DNA of 64,000 nucleotides from Psilocybe cubensis (Eukaryota): NCBI GenBank assembly GCA_017499595.2, contig CM039006.1, positions 1,240,001 to 1,304,000 of the forward strand, read 5' to 3'. Shown piece by piece: positions 52,524 to 64,000 of this stretch (position 1 is its first letter; each line of letters starts with the position of its first letter). The notes under the pieces were generated by a model. It saw only the letters and a program-made list of their open reading frames with translations, ran no database searches and was not told where the DNA came from. The position numbers and the translations under genes were made by a program.

Positions 52524-53764
52524 CGAATCACTAATCCAGTCGACAATGCAAGTTGGTGATGGTGCGAGGGGGGAGGAGTGAGGTGATTGTGAACAGCGAA
52601 TAGTGAATAGTGAATAGTGAGAAAGTGCCCGAGAGAAGGAAGACAGACAAGCGAACAGCAGATTCAGACAGTAATAGACAACCCGGTTCAAGTTGAGGGG
52701 GGCTCTTTATAGCACAATCACAAAGCCTTCAAGCCTTGCTAAAAATCATATCGCTTCCATTCACAGTGTCCCCAAGAAACCGAAATTAAGCTTGAAGCTG
52801 CGAATCGCGCTTTGCTTCTCTGGAAAAAATGAAAAATAACAAATGAGCAAAAAGTGAAAATGAGAAACGGCATAAGATTAAGAAGCATCACCATACACAT
52901 GGTCCATTATGACGGCTACTTCCCGCTCTTCGATCAAACAGTAAAATTATTTACATACCTGCTCAGTACTAGCTCTTTCCGAATATTGATGATGGTGATG
53001 AGTGGTGATGGTGATAAACACAATATTCCCCCGCCCGCGCTCCCAGGAGCATGCCCAGTAATGAAATCTAAATGAAAACAAGTCAGTCAAACCTTCACCA
53101 TTAAATGAAACGGTACCAGAAGCAAGTTACAAACTCACCATCCGACCCGCCGCCGCCGCCGCTGCCACCACCAGACCAAATTCCCCAGAACCACACTCTA
53201 CTCCCACTACCCCCACCAAATCCTACAAAACACACACACACTCACCACCCATCCATTCACTCAAGCTCTTACTCACACACACGCTTACACAACAAAAAGA
53301 TAAAGAAAGAAAAAGAAACTCTAAAATTGCATCATGTGTATGTAAGACAAACAGACAGAGAGAGAGTTATACAAACAGGATTTCATGGAATGACCCACCG
53401 CCCGGGGGCCCAGGCAGCAGGAGGGAGGGAGGGGGTGGTAGAGGTAATGGTACGTATGTATGTAATTTTTCATCAACCACTAAATTCTAAGTCCTGAAAA
53501 AGAGAGAAAAGAAGGGGGCGGGAGAGGAGAGGCGGAATGGGATGGATGGATCGGAAAATACATTGAAACATTTGATTTAGTTTGCGACGACGACGAGGAG
53601 GGTGGGGTGTGGGGCGGAAATGGTAGGCACAAATTAATAAAAGCCCAAAAGGCTTCATTTTTGCGTGGCGTAATGGTGATGATAATGTTGTTGATGACGA
53701 TGATGATGATAATGCAAAAAAAAGGAAAAGAAAAAAAACCCGACAAGACGACACACGCACACGC

Positions 53765-56700
53765 TTACTGCATGCGGCCCAACACACGCGGCTGCGACAC
53801 ATCCGCCATGTTGATGAAGATATCGTCAGCAGGGTGGCGGTACAGAGGTGCACGGAGGCGCTTCTGGTCCAGGTGGTGTCCAATGAAACCGATGCTGCGT
53901 CCGAGCACGAACAGACCGTTCAAAGTACCGATCTTGATGTACTCATCAGCTTCCTCAGGGGTGAACGCGCCAGAGTCGCGGAGGAGATCGACGAAGCAGA
54001 CGGCAATGCAACCATCGACGTTCAGGATGAGCTAGAGAAAGATATCGTATTAAATATCAAGAATGAATTAAAGTAACAAATCGAAAAAACTCACAGTATC
54101 CTTCTTGGCAGTGGTGACCTTCTCAACACCGAGGGCGTAGTCGAGAAGACTGTGGCTTGGGAAGTTCTTCTTGACGTACTCCTTGACCAACTCGACACGG
54201 AGATCAGGGTTGTTGACGCTCTTGATCTTGTGGCCGATACCGCTGATGAGCTTGTTGGCCTTCCTGGCATTGTCAACGAACTCGCGAGGGGTGAGACCAG
54301 TGTCGCGGGCGTTAGAGAACATGGACGCAGCCTCGTCGAGGGCACCTCCGAATCGGCTACCGATGGTCAAGAGACCAGAGGCGAGCGAAGAGATCAAGTC
54401 CTTTCCGGCACGCGAAGCGACGATGGTGTTCATGGCACCAGAGACAGCGGGACCGTGGTCAGCAGTAAGCATGAGCACCATCTCGATGAACTTGGTCGCC
54501 CAAGGTGGCAGGCGGCGCTTGAACCAGAGCAAACTGACGACACCTCCAATACCGATGTCCTCCTTGAACACTTCAGAGATACGCATACCAGCGTAGAGGA
54601 GCTCCTGGCCACGCTCGTCGGAGATGGTGGAGATGAAGGCAGCGGGTTTACGGATGAGACCGAGTTCCTGGGCCCACTTGTAGTCCATGGGGATGACGGG
54701 GGGATCGATCTCAGGCTTGGGCTTGATGGTGCCGATCTTGACGAGGTGCTCATAAGTCTCCTTGAGGACGTGGGGCAGCTCCTCGAAGGTGTCGGGAACG
54801 ATGAAGCCAGCGGCCCTCATGGCCTTGTTCTTGGCGTCAGCAGTCTCGAGCTCGCTGTTTGCCATGGAACCAGCGTGTCCGAATTGGACTTCAGTGGCGA
54901 ACATCTTCGCGCAGGTACCAATGGCCCAGGCGACGATGGGCTTGCGGATGATGCCCTTCTTGACGGCGTCGATGACACGGTATTCCTCAACACCACCAAC
55001 CTCACCGAGGAGGACGAGCATCTTGCACTCAGGGTCTTGCTCGTAGCGGAGGAGATGGTCGATGAAGGTGGATCCGGGGTAGCGATCACCACCGATGGCA
55101 ATACCCTCGTAGGTACCGTTGGTGACAAGGGAGAGGATGTTGTTGAGTTCGTTGGACATGCCTCCAGACTTGGAGACGTATCCGACGGAACCAGGGCGGT
55201 AGAGCTTGGAAGCAATGATGTTGTCCATCATTCTGTAAAAAGCTAGTTAGAAAATGTACAGTGGATGAGAAAGTTATAAAACGCACCCTCCAGAGTTACC
55301 AATCCTGAAGCATCCAGGCTTGATTCCACCGACAGTGGCGGGACCAATGATGAGGACACCCTTCTCCTGGGCCTTCCAGAGGATCTCACGAGCGTGACGC
55401 TCAGGGACACCCTCAGCGATCAAAGCGAGAGCTTTGATCTGGGGGAACTCGAGGCACTCGAGAGTGCTTGAGTAAACACTACGGGAGCTGGCAAAGTTGA
55501 CGACGACATCGACTTCGGGGTGCTTGGCGCAAGCCTCCTTGAAGGAAGTGTAGACGGGGAGGAGAGTCTCCTTGGTTCCCCAGTAGAACTTTTGGATGTG
55601 GTGTCCACCGAAGGGGTAGATCATGGCAGCGACGGAGGGAGTCTCACGTCCGCAGGAGAAGTCAAAGTCGAGCATTCCCTGGATAGCACGGGGTTGCAGA
55701 CCATAGACGAAGGAGCGGGTGGAGGCATCGAAAGGCCTGTAGGCGGGGCGAGCGGTGGGGTTCTTGGGGTCGAAGTGGACGAGGACGTCGGAGGGCTGGG
55801 TGCGCTCACCATCGGCGTGGATGGCACCGACAGCGGCGTTGGGCTCACCGGCGGGGGCGACCTGAGGGGGAGGGGTGTCGGGCTGCACAGAGTGGAGTCC
55901 ACTGATTCCGACGTTGCTCGACTTGGTCTTGCTGATGTCGATGCCGAGGGCAAGAGGGACGATCTCAGTGATGTGGGTGTCGGGGCCGAAGACACGGATG
56001 GGGACACCCAAGCTCTCTCCGAGGAGGCGCATGGCCTTGAGACCCTCCTGGTAGTTGGGACCTCCACGGCGGACGAAGATCTTGACCTGGTGAGCGATCA
56101 ACTGGTTCTTGAACTCCTTGAGGGCACGGATGATACCCTTGAAGGTGGCAGCGACGTTGGTGAAGTTGGCAATACCTCCACCGATGATGAGGATCTTGCC
56201 CTTGGGGTTGGGGGTGCCGCGAGTGATGAGATCGACTGCAAAACAATTAGCCTTGAGCGATACGGACTGGCAAAATACTTACTGATGGTCTTGGCGTATT
56301 CGTAGGTTTGACCTTCAGTGGGAGCACCAGAGTATTCACCATAGTTGGCGAGCTCGTCGGCGAAGCCGTGGGCAGCAATGGCGTCAGAGTAGACGACACT
56401 GGCACCACCACCGGCGACCATGGTCCAGATACGGCCCTCAGCGTTGAGGACGGTGAGCTTGAGGGAAGCACCAGTGGATCCATCGAGTTTCTGGATGTAT
56501 GCCTCCTCCTTGGTCAAATCACGACCGAAAGGTGCGGGCCAGACCTGGTATCCAAAAATAAGTATTTGAAATTGAGATTTAGGATTTTGAAATTGCGTAC
56601 CATAGGGGGGCCACGGTCAGCGGAGACCTTAGCGCCCTTGGAGGCAGCGGTCTTGACAGCAGCATCCTCGTTTCTCTCGTAGACGGAGAGATCACGAGCA

Positions 56701-57729
56701 ATGGCCCACTTGGGACCACAGATGCTCTCAGCGGTCTGGTCGAGCTTGGCGGCCATGTCAAGGTAGCAAACCTGGGGTTCGCCTCCGTTGACGGCATCGA
56801 GGACGACGAGGGGGTTGATCTCGAGGTAGGCAAAGTGGAGGTCAACGTAGACGCTGTAGAGGCGGATGAGGAAGTCGACGAGGGTATCCTTCTTCTCGGC
56901 GGGGACGTGGGTGAGGAGGGTCTGGGCGATAGCCTCGCGGGAGGGGAAAGGCTGGTTAACGGGGAGGTTGAGGACGAGGGCTTTGGCATCGACATCACCG
57001 ATGTCAACACCACCTTCGTGGGTGAAGAGGATAGAGTCGCCCTCGCGGCCGGAGGTGATGCAAACGTAGTACTCAGTGTTGGAAGGGTGGGGGAGGAAAG
57101 GCTCAACAATAAAGTTGTTCAGGGTCCCGGTGATAGATTCGACCTAGGAGGAATGTGTCAGTCACGTGGATAAAAAAAGCAAAACGCGACTGATTGCACG
57201 CGAGCTCGCCTGGCAATCCAGAAGCGAAGTGTTTTCCGGGATTGCAGGGTGCAGAACGCATGGCGATTATCTGTTATAATCGCAGCGATGGATGGATAAA
57301 GACGCGTCTCGTGGTGCAAGACGAATATATGCGCCAAAAAAGAGAAGAGAACCCACCTTTTGGGGCTTGCCTGCACGCTGAGCGATCCAGGGCTTTGCCT
57401 CGTCCCAGGTCTTGTTGAGGGCGAGAAGACCAGCCTTGCCACGACGCTTGATGAGCTGATCAGGCTTTGCGACGAGCTTGGTGTTGAAGACCCATCCGGG
57501 GAGCTTTGTGTCTGGGGTGATGGAGTCTGTAGCAGGGTCCCAGGAGATCTGGGCGACCTTGACGGCGGGGTACTGGAAGTTTGTCTTGACCACGGCGTGG
57601 GGGGCGACAGGAGGCGCACGTTCCAACCAGTACGCAAGGAGAAGCTTGGCGTCGTACTCGCGGATGGCTAGATGGTGGTGAGCTAGATGAGTAGAAGGAG
57701 GAGAAGAAAAACGGACCTTTTGACGACAT
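53765..57729 (-). CDS. ACL1: ATP-citrate lyase, single-polypeptide form
   Basis: [66 protein letters not shown] (phospho-His), [17 protein letters not shown] and RLYRHP. Stop at 53767-53765. Confidence 0.96.
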
Positions 57730-60700
57730 GATTGGAAGTGTAGAAGGGGGGAGATGGGATTTGAGAAAGAGGAGAGGGAAGATATATAAAAGTGCAGAGA
57801 CCCTGGTCCGAGGACCGATTATGGCCAAAAAAATGGACGAGCCCCAAAATTCACACGGACATTGCAATATGCATCTCGGCCCATTATTCTTTTCTCATTT
57901 ACTGCGCCCTGGCGCCACTTGCAACATAAAACATATCGTCCAACATCAGGTAGCACCGATCTAGTCGCGACAGCAGTCTTTTTTCTGCCTCCGATCCTCA
58001 TTGGCCGTCGTCTGATCCGTTGAGCGTCCTCCACGCTTCCGACTCCGTGGCTTTGTCTTTCCACCAGTCTGACATCTCGCGATTTCTCCCGCGACTTTCT
58101 GCTCACAGCAGTCTTCTCAACCACCCACACCACCTCAAAATGGCCCATATCGCCATCTACGGAGGGTATACGTCTTACGCTGCTCCCACGATTTGCGGCG
58201 CACTCGGTTCGAAATCCACCATTTTCTCCTGCTGCACCCCTCCTTCGCTCCGAACCGTTGTCTTCGGTTGGCGCCAGGTAAGGAGGCGTATAACATAACA
58301 GGTTGCGGTTGAGCCAGGTATTGAACCGCGGTAGATACCCGTATAGATCCACCGCGCGAAGCGCCTAACCTTGCCGAATCTTGCGTTGAGCTGCGTGTTC
58401 AGTGCTATCTGTAGCCCCCATCCCACACTAATTCGAGTCGCTCAACCAAAACTCCAATCTCAAACCCACACTCTCATTCGATTCTCTTGTCCTAGCACAC
58501 GATTAGATACCATGCATCCACGCACAAACCAATGTGGTATTCGCCTTTATCGCAAAAAGACTCGAGTAAACCACAGATCTCTCCCCGCATCGCTATTGGC
58601 CAGCACACTTACCCGACCCGCTTGTTGCGCTTGCCTTTTCCCACCCTTAACAGGGCTTCAACCCCCCTCCAACAGGTGGGCCACACCAAAGCCCATGCGC
58701 ATAATATCCCGACAATAGATTATCGATAATCGCTGACAAGTATCTACAGGTTGCTATCCATTGGCTGTACGTACACATTCTATTCTAGATTACACGTTGT
58801 GGGGATTGAATTAACATTATGCGTCTGTGTGCTGATTGACTCGACAAGGATCACGAATCACAAGCATGCCCCCGCTTACCCTTGGCAGACGCAGAGTTCG
58901 ACTATCAGCAGCACAATACAACCTTCCTCTCGCTCGTGCTTCTCTATCCACCTGCAGGCAACCCGCTGCATCTCGGATTTACGGGTACGATAACAATATT
59001 CCAAAACCCACTAATCGATCCTGCGTATCTGACCGCGCATATACAAGGGTCCCATCAACGCCTCGGTGCGTCTGTCATTGGCTAGTGCTGCATGTCAATG
59101 CATCGCACGCACACCCAACAATCGATTACGGATCATTGCCCCCCTGTATACCGAGCGCTGTATGTGTGGGGTACAACGCGGGACCACGATCAAGACATGC
59201 ATGCATCCTTACTGCGCACAATATAGTACCACAGCATAGATCGTCTTCATCATCATATCATCATCATCATTCTGCGCTCGGACCACGGTGTAGGTCCACC
59301 GCCCAAACTAGGGTCGAAGCGTTCTTCCTTTCTTCCTTCCTTCGTTCCCTGCTTCCTTCCTACATATATCCTACAGTCCAACCCGGTCAAAAAGGATATC
59401 TGACCAATAACCAGTTGATCAATATATCATGTCAATCTTCACTCCGTTTCGCGCGCGAGTGTGTGGATGTATGCGTGCGTGTGTACAGATGTGTATGTAC
59501 GTGGTTAACCCACCTGTCCTATCCTGTATCCTGTATCATTTCCTGTCCCTTCTACCTCCTGCCCCTCCCTGCCCCTGAACACTCCTGAATCCTGGGACAT
59601 TCCCGAATCAAATCACGGTGCCTGCATTTGGGCAAATAAAAGGCTAAAAGGCAATAAAATGAACAAAATTTTAATTTTCATAATTACGCATCACATCCTA
59701 TCACATCATCTCATATTCAATTTCTACATGTATGAACGTCTGATTCAGGCTGATTCAGGGCGACTTTCGTCCGTCCGTGTGTCGTTTCCATGACGACGTG
59801 CGTGGATCGGTGCTCCCTCGCCCTCGCCTTCGGGAGTTGAAATTGGAATTTGGAATTTGGGAAGATGTACCCCCTAAACACTTGAAGCAAGTTTGAAGCT
59901 TGACTATGACTAGTAATTCGGGATTCGGCTCCTCTTGAGTTGCACGAGTCTGCGCCTCACCTGGTCGGCGCGCATACACGCATATATGCGCATGTACAGC
60001 TGTGTACACGGTGCGCTCTCGTTCTCGTGCGCTGTGCGTCGTGTCAGAGTTTGGCACAGTCGCAGTTGCTGGTGCTGTCATGAATTGCAAGGTGGGATGG
60101 TAACGGGCATGTCTGGGAGGAACAGCACTAGTACTAGCGCCAGCGCCAATGCGAATTGTCTCGCTGTATCGACGATGTGGGCGAAGTGTACGGTTTCATA
60201 TTATGATCATACTTGAATTTTCGAATCTAATTTCAAGTTCTGAATCTTCTGAATGCTTTAATCCCTCAGGCCTCAGGCCTTACATTTGAAGCTTGAGGCT
60301 TGACGCCCCACTGGCACACTCCCTAGTGCTACAGCATATATCCAGGAAAAAGCCCTGCTGGCTTACGAGCCACGCCACGCAAACAATAACAACTGAGAAA
60401 TATGGTCCTCGATTCGACAGTGCTGAGCGTTTCCAGTGGTTAATGCTTCCTGAAGCGCTGGAAGTTCCCTAACAAGTTCGTGCTGCCCACAGTGGCTGTG
60501 TCGGTTGTTTGCTCCTCATTAGACACGTTAGCGGCTTACCCCCCGAGGAGACCTTTGTCCGAGACGGGGAACCAGTCGTTTTAGCAGAGTTATAAAATCG
60601 TAAAGAGAGTCAGTTTTTTCACAAACTCGGTTTGTACATACAACACGTCGAAACGGGATACTAACGCTACGTGATCCGTGTCGTGTGTGTGCGTTCAATC

Positions 60701-61310
60701 ACACGGTGGCTGAATTATGCGACCGCGAGTACTACTAGTAACTATATCATTGGCCAAGCTCATCGCCATGCATCCCGTCAAAGGTTCAAAAGGCTTCCAA
60801 CATGCACCGATGGTCTTTAAATAGTGGTCCTGTCGGCCTTCACTCTAAGCCTTAATATCAATGATGGATCACTGGCACGTCGGATAATGGCAATACGGTC
60901 ACGGATGCTGTCATCATCAGAGGATCTAAAAATCTCTCTGTCTCCGATAACAAGCTGGAAGTAATAATAAACTGTCAGTGCTGCTTCCGGCGGCCCCGCC
61001 GTCAAGCTGTGTATCCAAAAGTACATCTGTGAACGTGGGAAATGGATCCAAACTTGAACCCTGGTGCTGCTTATTTGCACCTAGCTAATAGGTAAACTTT
61101 AACTTGTTGAAGGTCCCTACCAGTATTCATGCGCAGTTTACTAAGTAGCATCGCTCGAGGCTTTGCAACCAAAATGATATGTATTTTTTCACTAGTTATA
61201 AGCAGTGTGTTGTCCGTCAATCCAATGTTTTATTTTATACTGCTTTTCTTTTGCACGACGGAAATATTCGAATCGCCATGTTGTGGTACCGTGATGTTCA
61301 TTTACAACAT

Positions 61311-61979
61311 TCAATTGAAGGGAACCCATTCACCATTTCCACCTGCACCGAAGTTGTCATTGTCCGCTGAGTGTATTTAGTTAGAATAGCCAATGAAAAG
61401 GATTGGTTCAAGAATCTTACTTTTGAACTATATAACATGATGATATTGGAGAGCGCGTTTACAGGATACTGTGAGCAAAAATATCCCACAGTGATCAGCT
61501 TTGTACACTTACGACGCCAGTGATAACATTGTTTGCATAGAACTCGACGACAGTGCGACCAGTTTCCTCACCCAGAAGAGCCGGTGGGTATTGTTGAATC
61601 CAAAATTCTGTTGGGCCTATGAAGGTAGACTTAGGTGACCTTGTGAAGAGGGTCCCTTTTACGTTATGGATATCCTTGAATTTTGCTAGGCATTACCAAG
61701 GTTAGCTAACAGCAACAAGGTGTGATAACAAGCATACTTACCGCCTGGACGCACGAAGTTCCAAGTTCCGGTAAATTGGGAGCCATCAGGGAGAGTCATT
61801 GTGACGGTGACCTTTTTATCTGCTGCGATCACAGTGATGGTAGCAGGAATGTCTGGTGCAAGAACGGACAAGGCATTCGGGGGCAAGATTCTCTCTGCGC
61901 TTTCGCGATCATGGTGAATGAGAAAAGAGAGGACATAGGCGGGAGCGAGGTCGGCTACGGCAGAGAATATCTGGGACAT
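61311..61979 (-). CDS. Small beta-rich protein resembling Rhodococcus equi Vap-family beta-barrel (about 160 aa); 4 exons including a predicted 7-nt micro-exon
   Basis: Exons 61979-61742, 61685-61513, 61427-61421 and 61366-61311 with canonical GT-AG junctions give ...VTMTLPDGSQFTGTWNFVRPGAKFKDIHNVKGTLFT...GPTEF...TVVEFYANNVITGVFKTDNDNFGAGGNGEWVPFN*. TATA box and CAAC-ATG context upstream. Confidence 0.6.
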
Positions 61980-62034
61980 GTTGTAGAGGATGTTATCTGC
62001 GCTTGCAGTGAAGAATTCTCGTAGTTGACCACTC

Positions 62035-62042
62035 TTTTTATA
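62035..62042 (-). promoter_or_regulatory. Putative TATA box of the Vap-like gene
   Basis: TATAAAAA on the minus strand about 55 nt upstream of the ATG at 61979. Confidence 0.5.
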
Positions 62043-63771
62043 CTCGATTTTGTTGTAACTTGTTTGGTAGGGCATAAAGTAATTAAACTGGACCTGATAG
62101 AGTACCTTGACATCGTTGTGCCCGTTTTTAGGTTCAGAACGTTCGTAAAGAAAGTTCAATGTTCTCTGACAGATGTTGCAAAACAAGCTTTCATACTTTG
62201 GCCTTTCGAATCAATGTAACCGCAGTCCTGCTGACAGACGAGTTGTAGACACAAACCTTCGATTCCCACGTTCTGTACATGAGGTGTACCCTATAAGAAA
62301 AAATACACCAGCAGTGGGCGCTAAATTTGGAAGAATGGACATTACCGTGACTGGGTGGTTGTTTTCAAACATCTGTGAGTGAGAAAACTAAAGCTTCCAA
62401 TTGAAATGATAGACGAATGTAGCTAAAGGAAACACTTGCAAAGTATGTGCTGTATTTTGGGTGTAGCCTAGACTCAGTTAGATTCAAACCTTGTGCACAA
62501 TATTCAGTACCACACAGGTCTAGCACTTTTACGTCGAAACAGGAAACAAAAAATACTTACAACGTGCTGCACCTTGCTGCAAGCCTCAAGGTCATACCAG
62601 CTCCATGGAGTTTTCAGGTGACTTACGAAAGTGGTTCCTAGCAGTTTAAGCGGGTTAAAATAATATTAGGCATGTTTTGTTAACTTATACTTGTTCTACA
62701 AAGCGTGTCGTTTCCCAAGATTTTCAAACAATTACTGATCTTCTCAAAAAAATATTGGAGCTATCGTAACTTGTAGTCAACTTCTACAACTCTACAGAAT
62801 TAACCCTACCAAACCAAAGCAGATCCAAATTCAATAAGTCAATCTTGCATATTCCTATCGCCCAATGCCCAATAAGCTATTTGACTTGATGAAGGACTTG
62901 TACCATGTCCAGAAAGCATTCTTCCAGTCAAATTGGATATAGTTTTTTTTGGTTTCGTTGCGGGCCTCGTTGACTGGGCAGAGGGTAGAGAACCAACGTG
63001 ACATTCTTCAATCGCCCGCAATCCATACAGGCATTGTGTACCGGCAGCTTCCGAGCTCTCATGGATATCAATTATCATGGAACTATCCGTTGATGGCCCG
63101 ATCTGACACTTTGTACTTCGACAGCTTGACTATTACGGCGTCCGATTCGAAGACACTTGGGATCTTTTTATTTACGATACCAGCACCAGTAATCTTTTTC
63201 CCATTTGTTATAAGGCACAATTTCCACCTGCGAGAGGCCTAGGACTCTTAAAAGGGGATAAAAGTCGGGGTTAAACTTTTTTGAAAGTGGAGAGATTGTG
63301 CTATGCTGCAATGCTGTTCGTCAGGAATTTTTGACTCCGCTTTCATTCTCCGCCGGATCTCTCCCGAGCATCTGGAGCCGAATTACAACAACCTTCCATT
63401 CACAAGGCGGCCAGGCCTTCCTTTCTGTTTGGGTGAGTTGGAGCGAAGCCTGTATTGCTCTAGATGTCGGAAGATGTTAGGCCCGGTTGTGTCATTTGAC
63501 AGTTTCGTTAGCAAGGATTGGTGTCCCTCGTCAGGGCAGTTCGCGGAGATTAAAAAAGAATTCAATGTCAGACAACACTTGCCTTTGGTTTTATATCGTT
63601 TATGATCTAATCTTGGTCTAATCAGATGAATCACCTGGATAACTTCTAACGTTAGAGACATCTAGAATTGAGATAAAACCCGACTAGTTGGCCCTTTCAG
63701 CGCCGCCGATTCAACTTCAATGGCTCATGATCCAGTGGCAGAGGCTTCTGTTCCTTGGGCCACCTCCTGGG

Positions 63772-64000
63772 TGTAACCCCAAATTTTCAAAAGTGGGGTC
63801 CCTAGATTTAAACCGAGTATGGGCTTAGTTTGGAGTAACTTGGAGCTTTCCTTGCTCTATTCATGTGTATACTGTCATCGTGATGTATCATACAAACTTT
63901 CTTTCGTGTCATACACATACACGACTTGTGAAGCGCCACCATGGACGGCACAAATTGACATAAATAGCCGGCAATTCTCGGCATATCGGCAACTTTTATG
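63772..64000. mobile_element. Possible start of an LTR (truncated by window end)
   Basis: Begins TGTAACCCC, a typical LTR terminal motif, followed by non-coding sequence. The partner end, TSD and any internal ORF are not visible. Confidence 0.25.

Noticed and set aside
53105..53760. Pro/His-rich and poly-Met/Ile ORFs
   Set aside because: Microsatellite-rich ACL 3' flank, not credible coding sequence.
54152..57671. Long plus-strand ORFs (up to 364 aa) antisense to ACL
   Set aside because: Expected by-product of strong codon bias that removes antisense stop codons.
58836..59588. 250-aa ORF upstream of ACL
   Set aside because: Non-ATG start, low-complexity composition, no introns or domain motifs.

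Overview
A 64-kb, intron-rich eukaryotic window from an agaricomycete (mushroom-forming basidiomycete): short ~50-nt GT-AG introns, a single-chain ATP-citrate lyase, and agaricomycete-type F-box, membrane and P450 families. The species cannot be determined from the sequence. I can support about 24 protein-coding genes, four intact intron-containing tRNAs (2 Ala, 2 Asp), one T-arm-deleted tRNA-Asp pseudogene, an MFS-transporter relic, a 1.59-kb non-autonomous TIR element, a 216-bp foldback palindrome and a possible LTR start at the right edge. The left end carries a candidate secondary-metabolism neighbourhood: an aromatic-type aldehyde dehydrogenase, a trichodiene-synthase-like terpene cyclase, a noncanonical PLP aromatic amino acid decarboxylase (ncAAAD-type, with C-terminal appendage) and a METTL18/Hpm1 methyltransferase. 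The most unexpected item is a small spliced minus-strand gene (61311-61979) that the ORF track captures only in part; its product follows the motif order of Rhodococcus equi Vap virulence beta-barrels. Gene models were assembled by eye from splice signals, so some termini are uncertain. Family assignments rest on recalled motifs, not database searches.
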